64,000 bases of DNA from an uncultured Alphaproteobacteria bacterium. Lineage in GTDB: Bacteria > Pseudomonadota > Alphaproteobacteria > Rhizobiales > Xanthobacteraceae. Location of the stretch: assembly GCA_963695615.1 (NCBI GenBank), contig CAVOHH010000004.1, positions 553,883 through 617,882 on the forward strand, read 5' to 3'. Positions 50,523 to 60,120 of the stretch are shown piece by piece; position 1 is the stretch's first letter, and every line of letters begins with the position of its first letter. A program made the translations under genes and the position numbers. The notes under the pieces are model-generated. The model had not been told where the DNA came from. It ran no database searches and saw only the letters and a program-made list of their open reading frames with translations.

Positions 50523-51017
50523 TCAGCCCTTCCAGTGCAAGACCGTGATCAGCGTGAACAGCCGCCGCGCGGTATCGAAATCGAGATCGACCTTGCGCTT
50601 GAGCCGCTCAGTCACGAGGTTCGAGCCTTCATCGTGCAAGGCGCGCCGCGCCATGTCGATCGCTTCGATGCGGTCGGGCGTCGCGGTGCGGATCGCGGCG
50701 TAGTAGCTGTCGCAGACAGTGAAGTAGTCTTTGACGATGCGGCGGAACGGCGCCAGCGACAGCATATGCGCGATCACCGGCGCGCCGTCGGCGAGGCGGA
50801 TATCGAAGACGAGCCGGGCGCCGGTAATGCCGAGTTGCAGCGTGTAGGGCCCGCCGTCGTGACCGGTCGGCCGAAAACTGTTGTCTTCGAGCAGATCGTA
50901 GATCGCGACGCGGCGCTCGTGCTCGATCTCGTCATTGGCATTGCCGAGCGAGGCTTCATCCAGCGTCACTGCCGTGAGCCGGCCGGTTTTGTCCTTATCG
51001 CGGCTCGCCGGAGCCAT
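50523..51017 (-). CDS. UPF0262 family protein
   Basis: The tail of ORF 50523..51482 from [14 protein letters not shown] reads IEHERRVAIYDLLEDNSF...DYFTVCDSYYAAIR. Its ATG overlaps the hisD stop as ATGA. Confidence 0.75.
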   Translation of the reverse strand: MAPASRDKDKTGRLTAVTLDEASLGNANDEIEHERRVAIYDLLEDNSFRPTGHDGGPYTLQLGITGARLVFDIRLADGAPVIAHMLSLAPFRRIVKDYFTVCDSYYAAIRTATPDRIEAIDMARRALHDEGSNLVTERLKRKVDLDFDTARRLFTLITVLHWKG

Positions 51018-52312
51018 CACCGGTTGAGCCGGATCGACACCGAGCGGGCATGGGCGTCGAGCCCCTCCGCGGTGCCGAGCGTGATCGCGGCGCCGCCGAG
51101 CGCGCGCAATTGCTCGGGGCCGCATTTGAGGATCGACGTGCGCTTCATGAAATCGAGCACGCCGAGGCCGGATGAGAAGCGCGCCGAGCGCGCGGTCGGC
51201 AACACGTGATTGGAGCCGGCGACGTAATCGCCGATCGCTTCCGGCGTGTGCGCGCCGATGAAGATGGCGCCGGCATTGCGGATGCGCCCGGCAAGCTCTT
51301 CGGCTTCGGCCGCGGCGATTTCCAGATGCTCCGGCGCGATGGCGTCGACCAGCGCCGGGGCTTCGTCGAGCTTGCGCAAGACAATGACGGCGCCGAAGTC
51401 GCGCCACGACGCGCCAGCCACTTTCTCGCGCGGCAGTGTCTTGAGTTGGCGCTTCGATCGCCCGCTCGATCGGCATCGGCAAGTCGCGCGTCGTCGGTGA
51501 GCAAGGATCGCCTGCGCGCTCGCATCGTGCTCGGCCTGCGCCAGAAGATCGGCGGCGATCCAGTCGGGATTGCCGTTCTTGTCGGCGATGATCAGCACCT
51601 CGGAGGGGCCGGCGATCATGTCGATGCCGACTTTGCCGAACACGATCCGCTTGGCGGCCGCCACGTAGGCGTTGCCCGGCCCGACGATCTTGGCGACCGG
51701 CGCGATCGTCTGCGTGCCGTAGGCCAGCGCCGCAATCGCCTGCGCGCCGCCGATGCGGAAGATCTCGTCGACGCCGGCAAGCTTCGCCGCGGCCAGGACC
51801 AGCGGGCTGAGTTCGCCGCCCGGCGCCGGCACCACCATCGCGAGCCGCGGCACGCCGGCGACCTTGGCCGGCACGGCGTTCATCAGCACCGAGGACGGAT
51901 AGGCGGCGGTGCCGCCCGGCACATAGAGCCCGACCGCCTCGATCGCGGTCCAGCGCGAGCCAAGCTCGACGCCGAGCGCATCGGTGAAGCGATCGTCCTT
52001 CGGCACCTGCCGGCGGTGATAGGCCTCGATGCGGGCGCGGGCGAATTCGAGCGCGTCGAGCGTCTCGCGGCTGCAGGCTTTCACCGCCGCCGCGATCTCG
52101 TCCGCCGTGACCTTAATTCCGGCGCGGCCGAGATCGAGCTTGTCGAATTTGAGCGTGTAGTCTTTGAGCGCGGCATCGCCGCGGGCTGCGACATCGTTAA
52201 CGATGGCGCGCACCGTCGCTTCGACGTCGGCGGAAGCCTCCCGCTTGGTGTCGAGGAAAGCGCGGAATTTTTGCGCAAAGTCGCTGGAGCGGATGTCGAG
52301 ACGAATGGCCAT
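51017..52312 (-). CDS. hisD: histidinol dehydrogenase; 2 apparent compensating frameshifts near 51440-51500
   Basis: [12 protein letters not shown]..., [32 protein letters not shown] and AQAEHD. The displaced stretch [11 protein letters not shown] is seen in ORF 51145..51525. Confidence 0.9.
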   Translation of the reverse strand: MAIRLDIRSSDFAQKFRAFLDTKREASADVEATVRAIVNDVAARGDAALKDYTLKFDKLDLGRAGIKVTADEIAAAVKACSRETLDALEFARARIEAYHRRQVPKDDRFTDALGVELGSRWTAIEAVGLYVPGGTAAYPSSVLMNAVPAKVAGVPRLAMVVPAPGGELSPLVLAAAKLAGVDEIFRIGGAQAIAALAYGTQTIAPVAKIVGPGNAYVAAAKRIVFGKVGIDMIAGPSEVLIIADKNGNPDWIAADLLAQAEHDASAQAILAHRRRATCRCRSSGRSKRQLKTLPREKVAGASWRDFGAVIVLRKLDEAPALVDAIAPEHLEIAAAEAEELAGRIRNAGAIFIGAHTPEAIGDYVAGSNHVLPTARSARFSSGLGVLDFMKRTSILKCGPEQLRALGGAAITLGTAEGLDAHARSVSIRLNR

Positions 52313-52434
52313 TGGTGCGATCGGAAGACTGGGATTGCGATCGGAATGCTGCGGCGCAGGTGCTTGCACGACGTTAGGCGGCGAATTTGGCGCAGAACTG
52401 TGCGCTCAGTAGCAGTCCTCCGTCCTTATAACAA

Positions 52435-52461
52435 TTCTAATGTTCGGCTTTTAGATTGACA
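52435..52461. promoter_or_regulatory. AT-rich inverted repeat TTCTAA-N10-TTAGAT overlapping a TTGACA hexamer upstream of the cupredoxin/FTR1 genes (candidate iron-responsive operator)
   Basis: TTCTAA at 52435-52440, TTAGAT at 52451-52456 and TTGACA at 52456-52461. The half-sites resemble the TTTAGAA/TTCTAAA halves of rhizobial iron-control elements, but the spacing differs. Confidence 0.3.
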
Positions 52462-52496
52462 AAAAGTCCGATGTTCCCCAACTCCATGAACGTACT

Positions 52497-52904
52497 ATGA
52501 GCATCAATTCACGGCGGAGGAAACGCGCTTTGTCATTCGCGAACAACGCCTCGCTCGTCGGGATTGCGTCGGCGAGTTTTGCCGGCGCTGGTGCTCGGCT
52601 GCTCGCGGTTGCGGCGGTCAGCGCGCCGACGAAGGCCGACGATACGGTGCAGCTCTCGATCACCATGAAGGATCATCTGTTCGATCCCGCCGAATTGCAC
52701 GCGCCGCCCGGCAAGACCATCGCGATCCATGTGAAGAATCTCAATACCATCGTGTCCGAATTCGAAAGCAGCGATCTGCATTTCGAGAAGATCGTTCCGG
52801 TCGGCAGCGAGGGCGTCGTTTATGTGCGGCCGCAACAGCCGGGCCGCTACAATTTCTTCGACGATTTCCACCATGAGACGCAAGGCGTTCTCGTCGTGCA
52901 GTGA
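52497..52904 (+). CDS. cupredoxin-like domain protein (periplasmic partner of FTR1 permease)
   Basis: Signal/Tat-like N-terminus (SRRRKRALSFANNASLVGIASASFAGAGA). A beta-sandwich pattern follows: FDPAELHAPPGKTIAIHVKNLN...GRYNFFDDFH. Confidence 0.7.
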   Translation: MSINSRRRKRALSFANNASLVGIASASFAGAGARLLAVAAVSAPTKADDTVQLSITMKDHLFDPAELHAPPGKTIAIHVKNLNTIVSEFESSDLHFEKIVPVGSEGVVYVRPQQPGRYNFFDDFHHETQGVLVVQ

Positions 52905-52948
52905 AAGGGTCGTGCGGTGAGATGGTGTTGCAGTGAAATGAGGGTCCC

Positions 52949-53786
52949 GTGCTCGCGTCGTTGCTGATCGTCTTTCGCGAAGTCTTCGAGGCCGGTCTGG
53001 TCGTCGGCATCGTCATGGCCGTGACCTCGACCGTGCCCGGCCGCACGATGTGGATCGTGGGCGGCGTCGCCGCCGGCGTCTTGGGCGCGTGCCTGGTGGC
53101 GGTGTTCACCAGCGGCTTGTCGGAACTCTTCGGCGGCAGCGGCCAGGAAATCTTCAACGCCAGCATTCTCGGTTTCGCCGTTTTGATGCTGACTTGGCAC
53201 AATGTGTGGATGTCGCGGCACGGCCGCGAGCTGGTCGCCGAATTGCGCGCGGCCGGCGAGGCGGTGGCGGCCGGATCGAAATCGCTTCTGGCGCTCGCCA
53301 TCGTGGTTGCGATCGCGGTGCTGCGCGAAGGCTCCGAGGTCGTGCTGTTTCTCTACGGCGTCGCGGCATCGCGCAAGGCGGCGCCAGCTGGTCGCATCGT
53401 CGCCGGCGGACTTGTCGGCCTCGTGCTCGGTTCGTCGGTGTGTCTCTTGACCTATCTCGGTCTGGTGACGATCCCGACGCGCTATCTGTTCGGCGTGACC
53501 AGCGCCTTGATCGCGCTTGCTTGCCGCCGGCATGGCGGCGCAGGCGATCGCTTTTCTCGAACAGGCCAATATCCTCACCGCGCTCGACGAGACGGTGTGG
53601 GACACGTCCTGGATCCTCAGCGATTCAAGCTATCTCGGCAAAGCGCTGCACACTTTGATCGGCTATGTCGATCAGCCGACCGCGATGCAGGTCGTCGTCT
53701 ATGCGGCGACGCTCGCCGTCATCATTGTGCTGATGAAGCTGTTTTCCGCGCCGCCGTCTTCGCAGCAGCATCCGCGTACGGCGTGA
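52949..53786 (+). CDS. FTR1-family iron permease (EfeU-like); one apparent frameshift near 53520
   Basis: Two REXXE motifs (REVFEAG, REGSEVV) and seven hydrophobic segments. The C-terminus is in ORF 53517..53786. Confidence 0.8.
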
Positions 53787-53900
53787 TCCTGTCATTCCGG
53801 ATTGCCGCGAAGCGTGCAAATCGGCAATCCATACCCTCGAAGCCGCTGGCATTACGCGATGCCGGGTTCCTCGCTTCGCTCGGCCCCGGATCATGACGGA
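53787..53900. repeat. MITE/REP-like element with imperfect terminal inverted repeats and an internal 9-bp stem
   Basis: The ends TCCTGTCATTCCGG ... CCGGATCATGACGGA are inverted. The internal stem is GGATTGCCG...CGGCAATCC. The element fills the gap between the convergent FTR1 and DUF2948 genes. Confidence 0.5.
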
Positions 53901-54369
53901 CTAGGCGGTTGCACCCGCGACGGAATGGTCCGGGCACAAGGCCGCCGTCGTGACTTCGCCGAGATCGGCAAGCTCGGCTTCCAGACATTCGACGTCGAGA
54001 CGAATGACGCCGCCGCCGGAAAAGGTCAGCGTCACGGTTCCGGCCGGAGTATCGGTTTCGGCGAATTCGACGGCGAGCAGATTGAGCCGCGCGTCCTTGC
54101 CGGCCTGATCGAGATTGCGGGTTTTGCAGGCGAGCACGCGCTCGAACCGCAGCGCGGTCCGGCATCGCCGATAGTCGGCCTTGCTGTCCGGCTTGGCCTC
54201 GGCCGCGCTGATCCAATCGAAACGGTTCATCGCGATCACGAAGCGATGCTCGCGCGGCTGCCAGAAAATGTCGGCGACCTTCACCATGCGCGTCCTGCAC
54301 GTGAGCGGACACGACTTCCATGTCGTCCTTGTCGAGCGCGACAAGTTTCAGTTCCACGCACGAATCCAT
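53901..54369 (-). CDS. DUF2948 family protein; one apparent frameshift near 54290
   Basis: MDSCVELKLVALDKDDMEVVSAHVQDA (ORF 53722..54369) joins VKVADIFWQPREHRFVIAMNRFDW... (ORF 53901..54344). Confidence 0.65.
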
Positions 54370-54478
54370 CGCGAGCCCGCCTGATGCGCCCAGCTGATAC
54401 GATCCCGTTCAGCGGATTTTCTTCTGTTGCGAAGTTAGGAAGCAGGCCTGCAGGGCGCAAGCCCTGAACGCGGCGGAA

Positions 54479-54906
54479 TCAGAAAGAAACGCAGGCGGGC
54501 CGGACGATGACGGCGACCGACTGCTGGTGGAAATCGCGCTTATAGGCGGTGACGATGGCGTCGAGCCGCGCGGTCGTCGTCGGCCGCTCCAGGCAGCACG
54601 ATTTCGACGCGCTTGCTTGGTTCGCGCACGATCGTGCCGTCGGCGCGGTCGCGCCATTGGCCGCTCGCGTCGGTGACGGTCAAGCCATCGGGAAAGCGCG
54701 GCGTCATTTCGCGCGCGACAAAGCGCGCCCAGGCGCTCTCGCTCACGCCGAGCTTGTGTCCGATGTCGCGCCCGAACAGGAGCTCGGCGACTTGCCGGAC
54801 TTGTTGCGCGCCGTGACAGGACAAAGCCGCGCGTCTGCGCGTGCAGGCCGGGTTCCGTTGTGGTGAGAAGCACGAGGCTGAGCAAACAAAGCCGGACAAC
54901 ACGCAT
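54479..54906 (-). CDS. DUF3574-like secreted protein; about 2 apparent frameshifts
   Basis: Signal peptide MRVVRLCLLSLVLLTTTEPGLHA. Then ELLFGRDIGHKLGVSESAWARFVAREMTPRFPDGLTVTDASGQWRD (ORF 54540..54902). The C-terminus ...AYKRDFHQQSVAVIVRPACVSF* is in a third frame. Confidence 0.6.
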
Positions 54907-55104
54907 CGATGCGGCTCGCCGGTCTAGACTTCCCCAGACGGCGAGAAATCGCGGTAATCCCGCATCATCCGATCGCGCATCAGGGCTGCGGAGCCGGCGG
55001 CCCACAGCACCATCGTACACGTGGCCCCGAATAAGAGGCTGAGAAGGATTGATTGCATAACGCCGTCCCCTGCGCCGCAACATAAGGGGCGGACCTTTCT
55101 TTCG

Positions 55105-55141
55105 TAAAAAGCCGAACGGGCCGGTGAGAGTTCGCCGGCCC
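55105..55141 (-). terminator. rho-independent terminator downstream of the caspase-fold gene
   Basis: On the minus strand GGGCCGG-CGAACTCTCA-CCGGCCC is followed by GTTCGGCTTTTT. It lies 16 nt after the stop at 55157. Confidence 0.65.
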
Positions 55142-55156
55142 GCTTTTGTTGCTTAA

Positions 55157-57215
55157 TTATTTGCAGCCTTGCGGCGTCGCCGTCTTGCCGGCCGGGCAGC
55201 CGGCCGCTGGATGTGGCGGCGCCGGCTTTGGCGGCGGCGGTGGTGGCGGTGCCGGTTTGGCCACTGCCGGCGCCGGATGCGGAGGCGGCGGCGGCGGTGG
55301 TGGCGGCGGCGCGGGCCTGACCATGGCCGGTGCCGGATGCGGCGGCGGGGGAGGCGGCGGTGGCGGCGGCTTGACCGTTGCCGGCGCCGGATGCGGCGGC
55401 GGTATCACGGGCTTCTCGATGGCGGCGCCGGTCCTGCCGGATGCGGCGGCGGCGGAGCCGGTTTCTCGAAGGCCGGAGTTGGCCCCGTCGGATGGGGGGG
55501 CGGAACCGCAGGCTTCTCAAAAGCCGGCGTCGGCCCCGTCGGATGCGGCGGCGGCGTTGCAGGCTTCTCGAACGCAGGCGTCGGTCCGCCAGGATGCGGC
55601 GGCACGGCCTCGGGCTTCACGAAGGCGCTCGATGGCGGCGGTGGCGCGCCGCCGGCGCCCGGATGCGGCAGCGCCGCTCCCGGGGGCAGTGCCGCGGGCG
55701 CACCAAATCCCGGCCGTGCTCCAGGCGTCCCGGGCGCACCTGCCCCGCCACCTGCCCCGCTTTGCGTCGCGCGCGCTGCGGCCGCGGGTAACGAGACGCG
55801 GAATTCCGGACGGCCGCCCGGGCCAGCCGGCGCTCCTGGAGGCGCCGGGCGGACTTCGACGGTGCGCGGCGGCCGGATGAAGACAGGGACCACCGCAGCC
55901 GCCGGAACTGGCAGCGCAAAACGCTCACGCGGCGGTGGCGGCGGCGGCAACCGATCGAATTCGCGTCGCCGCTCCGGCAGGAAGAAAACCGGCGGCCGGG
56001 GCGGCGGCGCAAAGCCGAGACCGCCGAACATGATCACCGGCCGATCGACATAAATCATCTCGTCCGGCGGTGGTGGCGGAACGCCGAAATCGAACATGGC
56101 GAAGTCCGGCGGCGGCTCCATCTCGGCGCGCAGCATCGCCAAGCGCCGGCGCGCGTCCCACATATGCGGGCCGTTCGGATAGCGTCGCAGATAGGACCAA
56201 TAAGCCGGTGGCGTGTCGTTCTCTACGCAGTGACGCCAGGCGATCTCTTCGCGGCGCACCGCGACCATCGCGGCGACGCGCCGCGCATAAGGGCTGTCCG
56301 GATAGGCGGCGAGGAATTGCTCGTAGCCGTCGATCGTGTCGAGCGCCAGCGCCGCGGCATAGGCGTCGTCGGGATTGCCGAAGTCGCGCAGCGGCCTGTT
56401 GCGGATGTCGGCAAGCGGCGTCGCGTTCTGTGGCGGCGGCGCGTCGGCCGAGCGTTCGGTCATGAAGAACGGACCGTCGATCCGCGAGGCGTACCAGGGC
56501 ACCTGGGCGCCTTGCGTCTGTTCGCTAACGCGCAAACGCACGCGCGCGAAGATATCGTCGAGGCTTAAGCCTCCGGCGCCGATCATTTCGGTCAGCGCGG
56601 TCGCATAAGCGCCGTACGGACCTTGCTCATCGGGCGCGACGGTTCCGGGCGCGGCGTTGAAAGCGATCGCCATGCTCGGTGGCGGATCGACGAGCGCCAA
56701 GCCGCCCGCCAGCGGCTGGCCGCCTGGCGCGAATGGATTCTGCCGCGCCGCATCGAGGATGACGATCTTGACGCGGCCCGGAAGCGACGCCAGCGGCTGG
56801 GCGAAATCGGAGATCCGGATCGCCTGCAGCGGCACGTCGACGTCGTGCTGGATGTCGGCATCGACCGGCACGAAGTAATTGTCGCCGGCGAACTGCACGC
56901 CATAGCCGGAGAGATAGACCAGCGCGACGGCGTCAGGCCCCGCGGCGGCAACCTGATCGACGAACTCGCGAAACGATTCCCGCAGCGTCGCCTGATCGAG
57001 GTCGCGCGCGCCGGTCACCGTGAAGCCGGCGGCCTGTAGCGCGTCGGCGACGAGACCGGCGTCGTTGGCCGGCGTTGCCAGCGTTCCGGTCTTGTACTGC
57101 GAGTTGCCCACCACCAGCGCGAAACGCTGCTCCGCCGCCAGGCCCGGGCGTAAGCCGAGCGTCAGCGCAAAGCGGCAACGAGCCACAACAATGACGCATG
57201 CAGAATTTTTCTCAT
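55157..57215 (-). CDS. secreted caspase-fold (peptidase C14) domain protein with degenerate catalytic dyad and proline-rich repeat tail; 2 apparent frameshifts
   Basis: Signal peptide MRKILHASLLWLVAALR at 57215. C14 domain FALVVGNSQYKTGTLATPANDAGLVADAL...LVYLSGYGVQ...VILDAARQNPF (ORF 55405..57276). The repeat tail continues in ORF 55157..55408 and ends ...HPAAGCPAGKTATPQGCK*. Confidence 0.75.
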
Positions 57216-57783
57216 CGCTTGTTCCCCGAATCGCCGGTGTCGGACCGAGTAGTGCCGGGCGGCATCCTGCGATCATTGGGACTGAATGATGTCAGGCAAT
57301 ATGTTTGTTCGCCCTGCCTTGCGGCGCTCGGCGACTCTCGGCGACGATTCTTGGCGGGGTGACGCCTTGGCGAGCATGTGATGCGGTCGTTTCGCAGAGC
57401 GGAATCTCATAAGTTGAATTTGCGTCCCGCCGATGACCACGCTAAGAACCATCCAACAAAAAAGCCTTTGTTAACTCGCCCCGCCATATCGGCGCCCGTC
57501 GCTGTTGCTCTTCAATGCAATTGTCGATATGCGATCAAGGCCGATACGACGAAGGCTTCTGTAGCGGTTCTTCTGTAGCGGTTTTTGGCAAACACGGGTT
57601 TGTGTAACGCGGACTTTTTGCAAGGCTTGTTCAAGCAACAATGATTATGCAACAAAGACCTGCGCATTACAGGCTTGCGTAACTAAGGTTCATCTGCAAA
57701 TAAAGTTGCCCTCCAAACCATCTGTTGGCTTTTCTTTCACTCCCGTAAGGGATACAAGCTGCCTTTCTTGAAAGGGAGGTTTT

Positions 57784-57960
57784 ATGGCGAAGACGAAAAA
57801 GAAGCGGCGTGCATGGACTGCAGCCGAAGTTCGTGAACTCAAGGCGATGGCGAAAAAGAAAACCACCGCGTCGCAAATCGCAAAGAAGCTGAAGCGGACC
57901 GAAGGCGCAACGCGTCAGAAGGCGTTCAGCATCGGGTTGTCGCTCGACTCCCGTTCCTAA
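57784..57960 (+). CDS. 58-aa basic helix-turn-helix protein resembling the GcrA N-terminal / Myb-SANT-like DNA-binding domain (below the ORF-track length cutoff)
   Basis: My own translation is MAKTKKKRRAWTAAEVRELKAMAKKKTTASQIAKKLKRTEGATRQKAFSIGLSLDSRS*. AGGGAGG SD lies 5 nt upstream of the ATG, and a strong terminator lies 32 nt after the stop. The W-T..E...L...ASQIAK.L pattern matches GcrA N-termini. Confidence 0.65.
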   Translation: MAKTKKKRRAWTAAEVRELKAMAKKKTTASQIAKKLKRTEGATRQKAFSIGLSLDSRS

Positions 57961-57991
57961 ACTCTCAGCAGCTCATCTACTCACGAGATTT

Positions 57992-58045
57992 GACGGCATG
58001 CCGACCCGCCGAGCGCGGGCTGGGCATGCCGTCGTGCGTTTCTTG
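57992..58045 (+). terminator. rho-independent terminator after the small HTH gene
   Basis: GACGGCATGCC...GGCATGCCGTC is an 11-bp stem with an inner CCCGC/GCGGG extension. It is followed by GTGCGTTTCTTGTTGTT. Confidence 0.7.
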
Positions 58046-58362
58046 TTGTTGGTGGAGCGAGGGCGGCTCGGCTTGCGGCGGATGCGCCGGCAATTGCGCA
58101 GTTCCGGGAATGTCCTAGGAATGATGTCCGCTGGGCTCGCTCAACGGTGCGTTGCGGCCGCGGCGAGGCACAAGCCAAATTCCCCGGCTCTATATATTAA
58201 CTACCGGCCGTGAACCTGCCCCAATAGCTCCGTAACTAAGTGTATATTGTTCCCGATCTGGTCGGGGGCTTCCGCTATCTTTCGGGCCTTTGAAGTGGGC
58301 CGCGGCCAGTCGCGCGCAAGCACGGGCGTGGTTTTACGCCCGCTACGGTGATACGAACGCCC

Positions 58363-60120
58363 ATGAGCCAGCCTCCCGGCCCGCTGCGGCAGCAGCCCGC
58401 CAGCTCCGAGCTCGCGAACGCGCTTGGCGCGTGCCGGCGGGCTTTTTACGCCATCGCGATGTTCTCGGCATGAGCAATCTCTTGATGCTCACCAGCGCGC
58501 TGTTCATGCTCGAAGTCTATGACCGGGTGCTGCCGAGCCGCAGCGTGCCGACGCTGGTTGCGCTGTTGTTGCTGGCGGCCGGCATGTATGCGGCGCAGGG
58601 CGTCATCGACCTGATCCGCAGCCGAATCCTGGTGCGCGTCGGCCAGCGGCTCGATGAGGCGATGAGCTTGCGGATCTATGACGCCATCGTCCGGCTGCCG
58701 CTCAAGGTCGGTAACAAAGGCGAGGGCACGCAGCCGATCCGCGATCTCGACGCGGTGCGCGGCTTCCTCTCCGGCATCGGCCCGGTGGCTTTCTTCGATC
58801 TGCCATGGATACCGGTCTATCTCGCCATCTGTTTTTTATTCCATTTTTATATCGGCCTCACCGCGCTCTGCGGCGCCATCGTCCTCGGCGCGCTCGCCGT
58901 CCTGACCGAGTTGCAGACCCGGCACCCGACGCGGAGCGCCACGCAATTTGCCGCGGCGCGCAACAACCTCCTGGAAGCGAGCCGGCGCAATGCCGAGGCG
59001 ATCACCGCCATGGGCATGGTCGGCCGCATTTCCAGGCGCTGGGGCGATCTCAATCGCAGCTATATCGCCGCCAGCGGCCGCGCCAGCGACGTCGGCGGCG
59101 GGCTCGGCGCGATGTCGAAAGTTTTGCGGATGCTGCTGCAATCCACGATTCTCGCGGTCGGAGCGGCGCTGGTGATCAATCAGATGTCGACGCCCGGCAT
59201 CATCATCGCCGGCTCGATTCTCGGCGCCCGCGCCTTGGCGCCGGTCGACATGGCCATTGCCAATTGGCGCGGTTTCGTCGGCGCGCGGCAAAGCTGGCAG
59301 CGCCTGTCGAAATTGCTCGGGCACCTGCCGCCGCTCGCCGCGCCGATGCCGCTCAAGCCGCCGGCGCGCACGCTGGTGGTGCAGAACGCCGCCGTCGCGC
59401 CGCCCGGTCAGCGGCAGGATCGTCTCCCAGGACATCAATTTCACGCTGACCGCGGGCAAGGCGCTCGGCGTGATCGGGCCGACGGCGTCGGGAAAATCCT
59501 CGCTGGCGCGCATGCTGGTCGGCGTCTGGACGCCGGCGCGCGGCACCGTGCGGCTCGACGGTGCGACGATCGATCAGTGGTCGCCGGAATTGCTCGGCCG
59601 CCATATCGGCTACGTTCCGCAGGACGTCGAATTGTTCAACGGCACGGTGGCGCAGAACATTTCGCGCTTCGACGAGCCGCCCGATCCGGACGCCGTTATC
59701 GCCGCGGCGCAGGCCGCCGGCGTCCACGATCTCATCATCAATCTGCCGGACGGCTATGACACGATCGTCGGCGACCATGGCAGCTCGCTGTCGGCCGGGC
59801 AGGCCCAGCGCCTCGCGCTCGCGCGCGCGCTCTATCGCGATCCGTTTCTTGTGGTGCTCGACGAGCCCAATTCCAACCTCGATGCCGAAGGCGACGAGGC
59901 TTTGACGCGCGCCATTCTCGGCCTGCGCGCGCGCGGCGCCATCGTGGTCGTGGTCGCGCATCGCCCGAGCGCGATCGCGGGCGTCGACTACATTCTCATC
60001 ATGGGGAAGGGCCGTCAGCAGCAGTTCGGGCCGAAGGAAGAGATTTTGACCCGCGTCACCGCACAGAACCCGCCGCCGCCGCGTGCCTTGAAAGTGGCGG
60101 AGCAGGGAGGTGCGGGATGA
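58363..60120 (+). CDS. type I secretion system permease/ATPase (PrtD/HasD-type ABC exporter); 2 apparent frameshifts (near 58465 and 59420)
   Basis: N-terminus MSQPPGPLRQQPASSELANALGACRRAFYAIAMFS then NLLMLTSALFMLEVYDRVLPSRSVPTL (ORF 58290..). Walker A GPTASGKSS, signature LSAGQAQRLALARAL and Walker B VVLDEPNSNLD (ORF 59257..60120). No C39 peptidase domain is present. Confidence 0.85.

Noticed and set aside
54924-55058. Possible 44-aa hydrophobic peptide MQSILLSLLFGATCTMVLWAAGSAALMRDRMMRDYRDFSPSGEV on the minus strand, between the caspase terminator and the DUF3574 gene.
   Set aside because: It has only a weak SD (GGGGA) and no recognisable family, and coding potential cannot be judged at this length in an error-prone sequence. 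It is not listed as a feature.
55146-56053. Plus-strand glycine/arginine-rich ORFs (244 aa and 294 aa), and the periodic DNA repeats as a possible CRISPR-like or satellite array.
   Set aside because: They are the mirror image of the proline-rich coding repeats of the minus-strand caspase-fold gene. The repeats are imperfect, have no spacers, and lie in frame with that gene.
57741-57779. Hairpins (CCTTTC-TT-GAAAGG, and CTCCC pairing with GGGAG) that could sequester the SD of the 58-aa gene as a thermosensor or riboswitch.
   Set aside because: The stems are only 5-6 bp with sterically tight loops, and there is no resemblance to a known RNA family. I judged it too weak to claim.
58035-58362. 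Searched the 330 nt upstream of the T1SS ABC gene for a small secreted-peptide or bacteriocin gene.
   Set aside because: No ORF with a start codon plus SD and a plausible leader (for example double-glycine) was found. The ABC protein also lacks a C39 peptidase domain.
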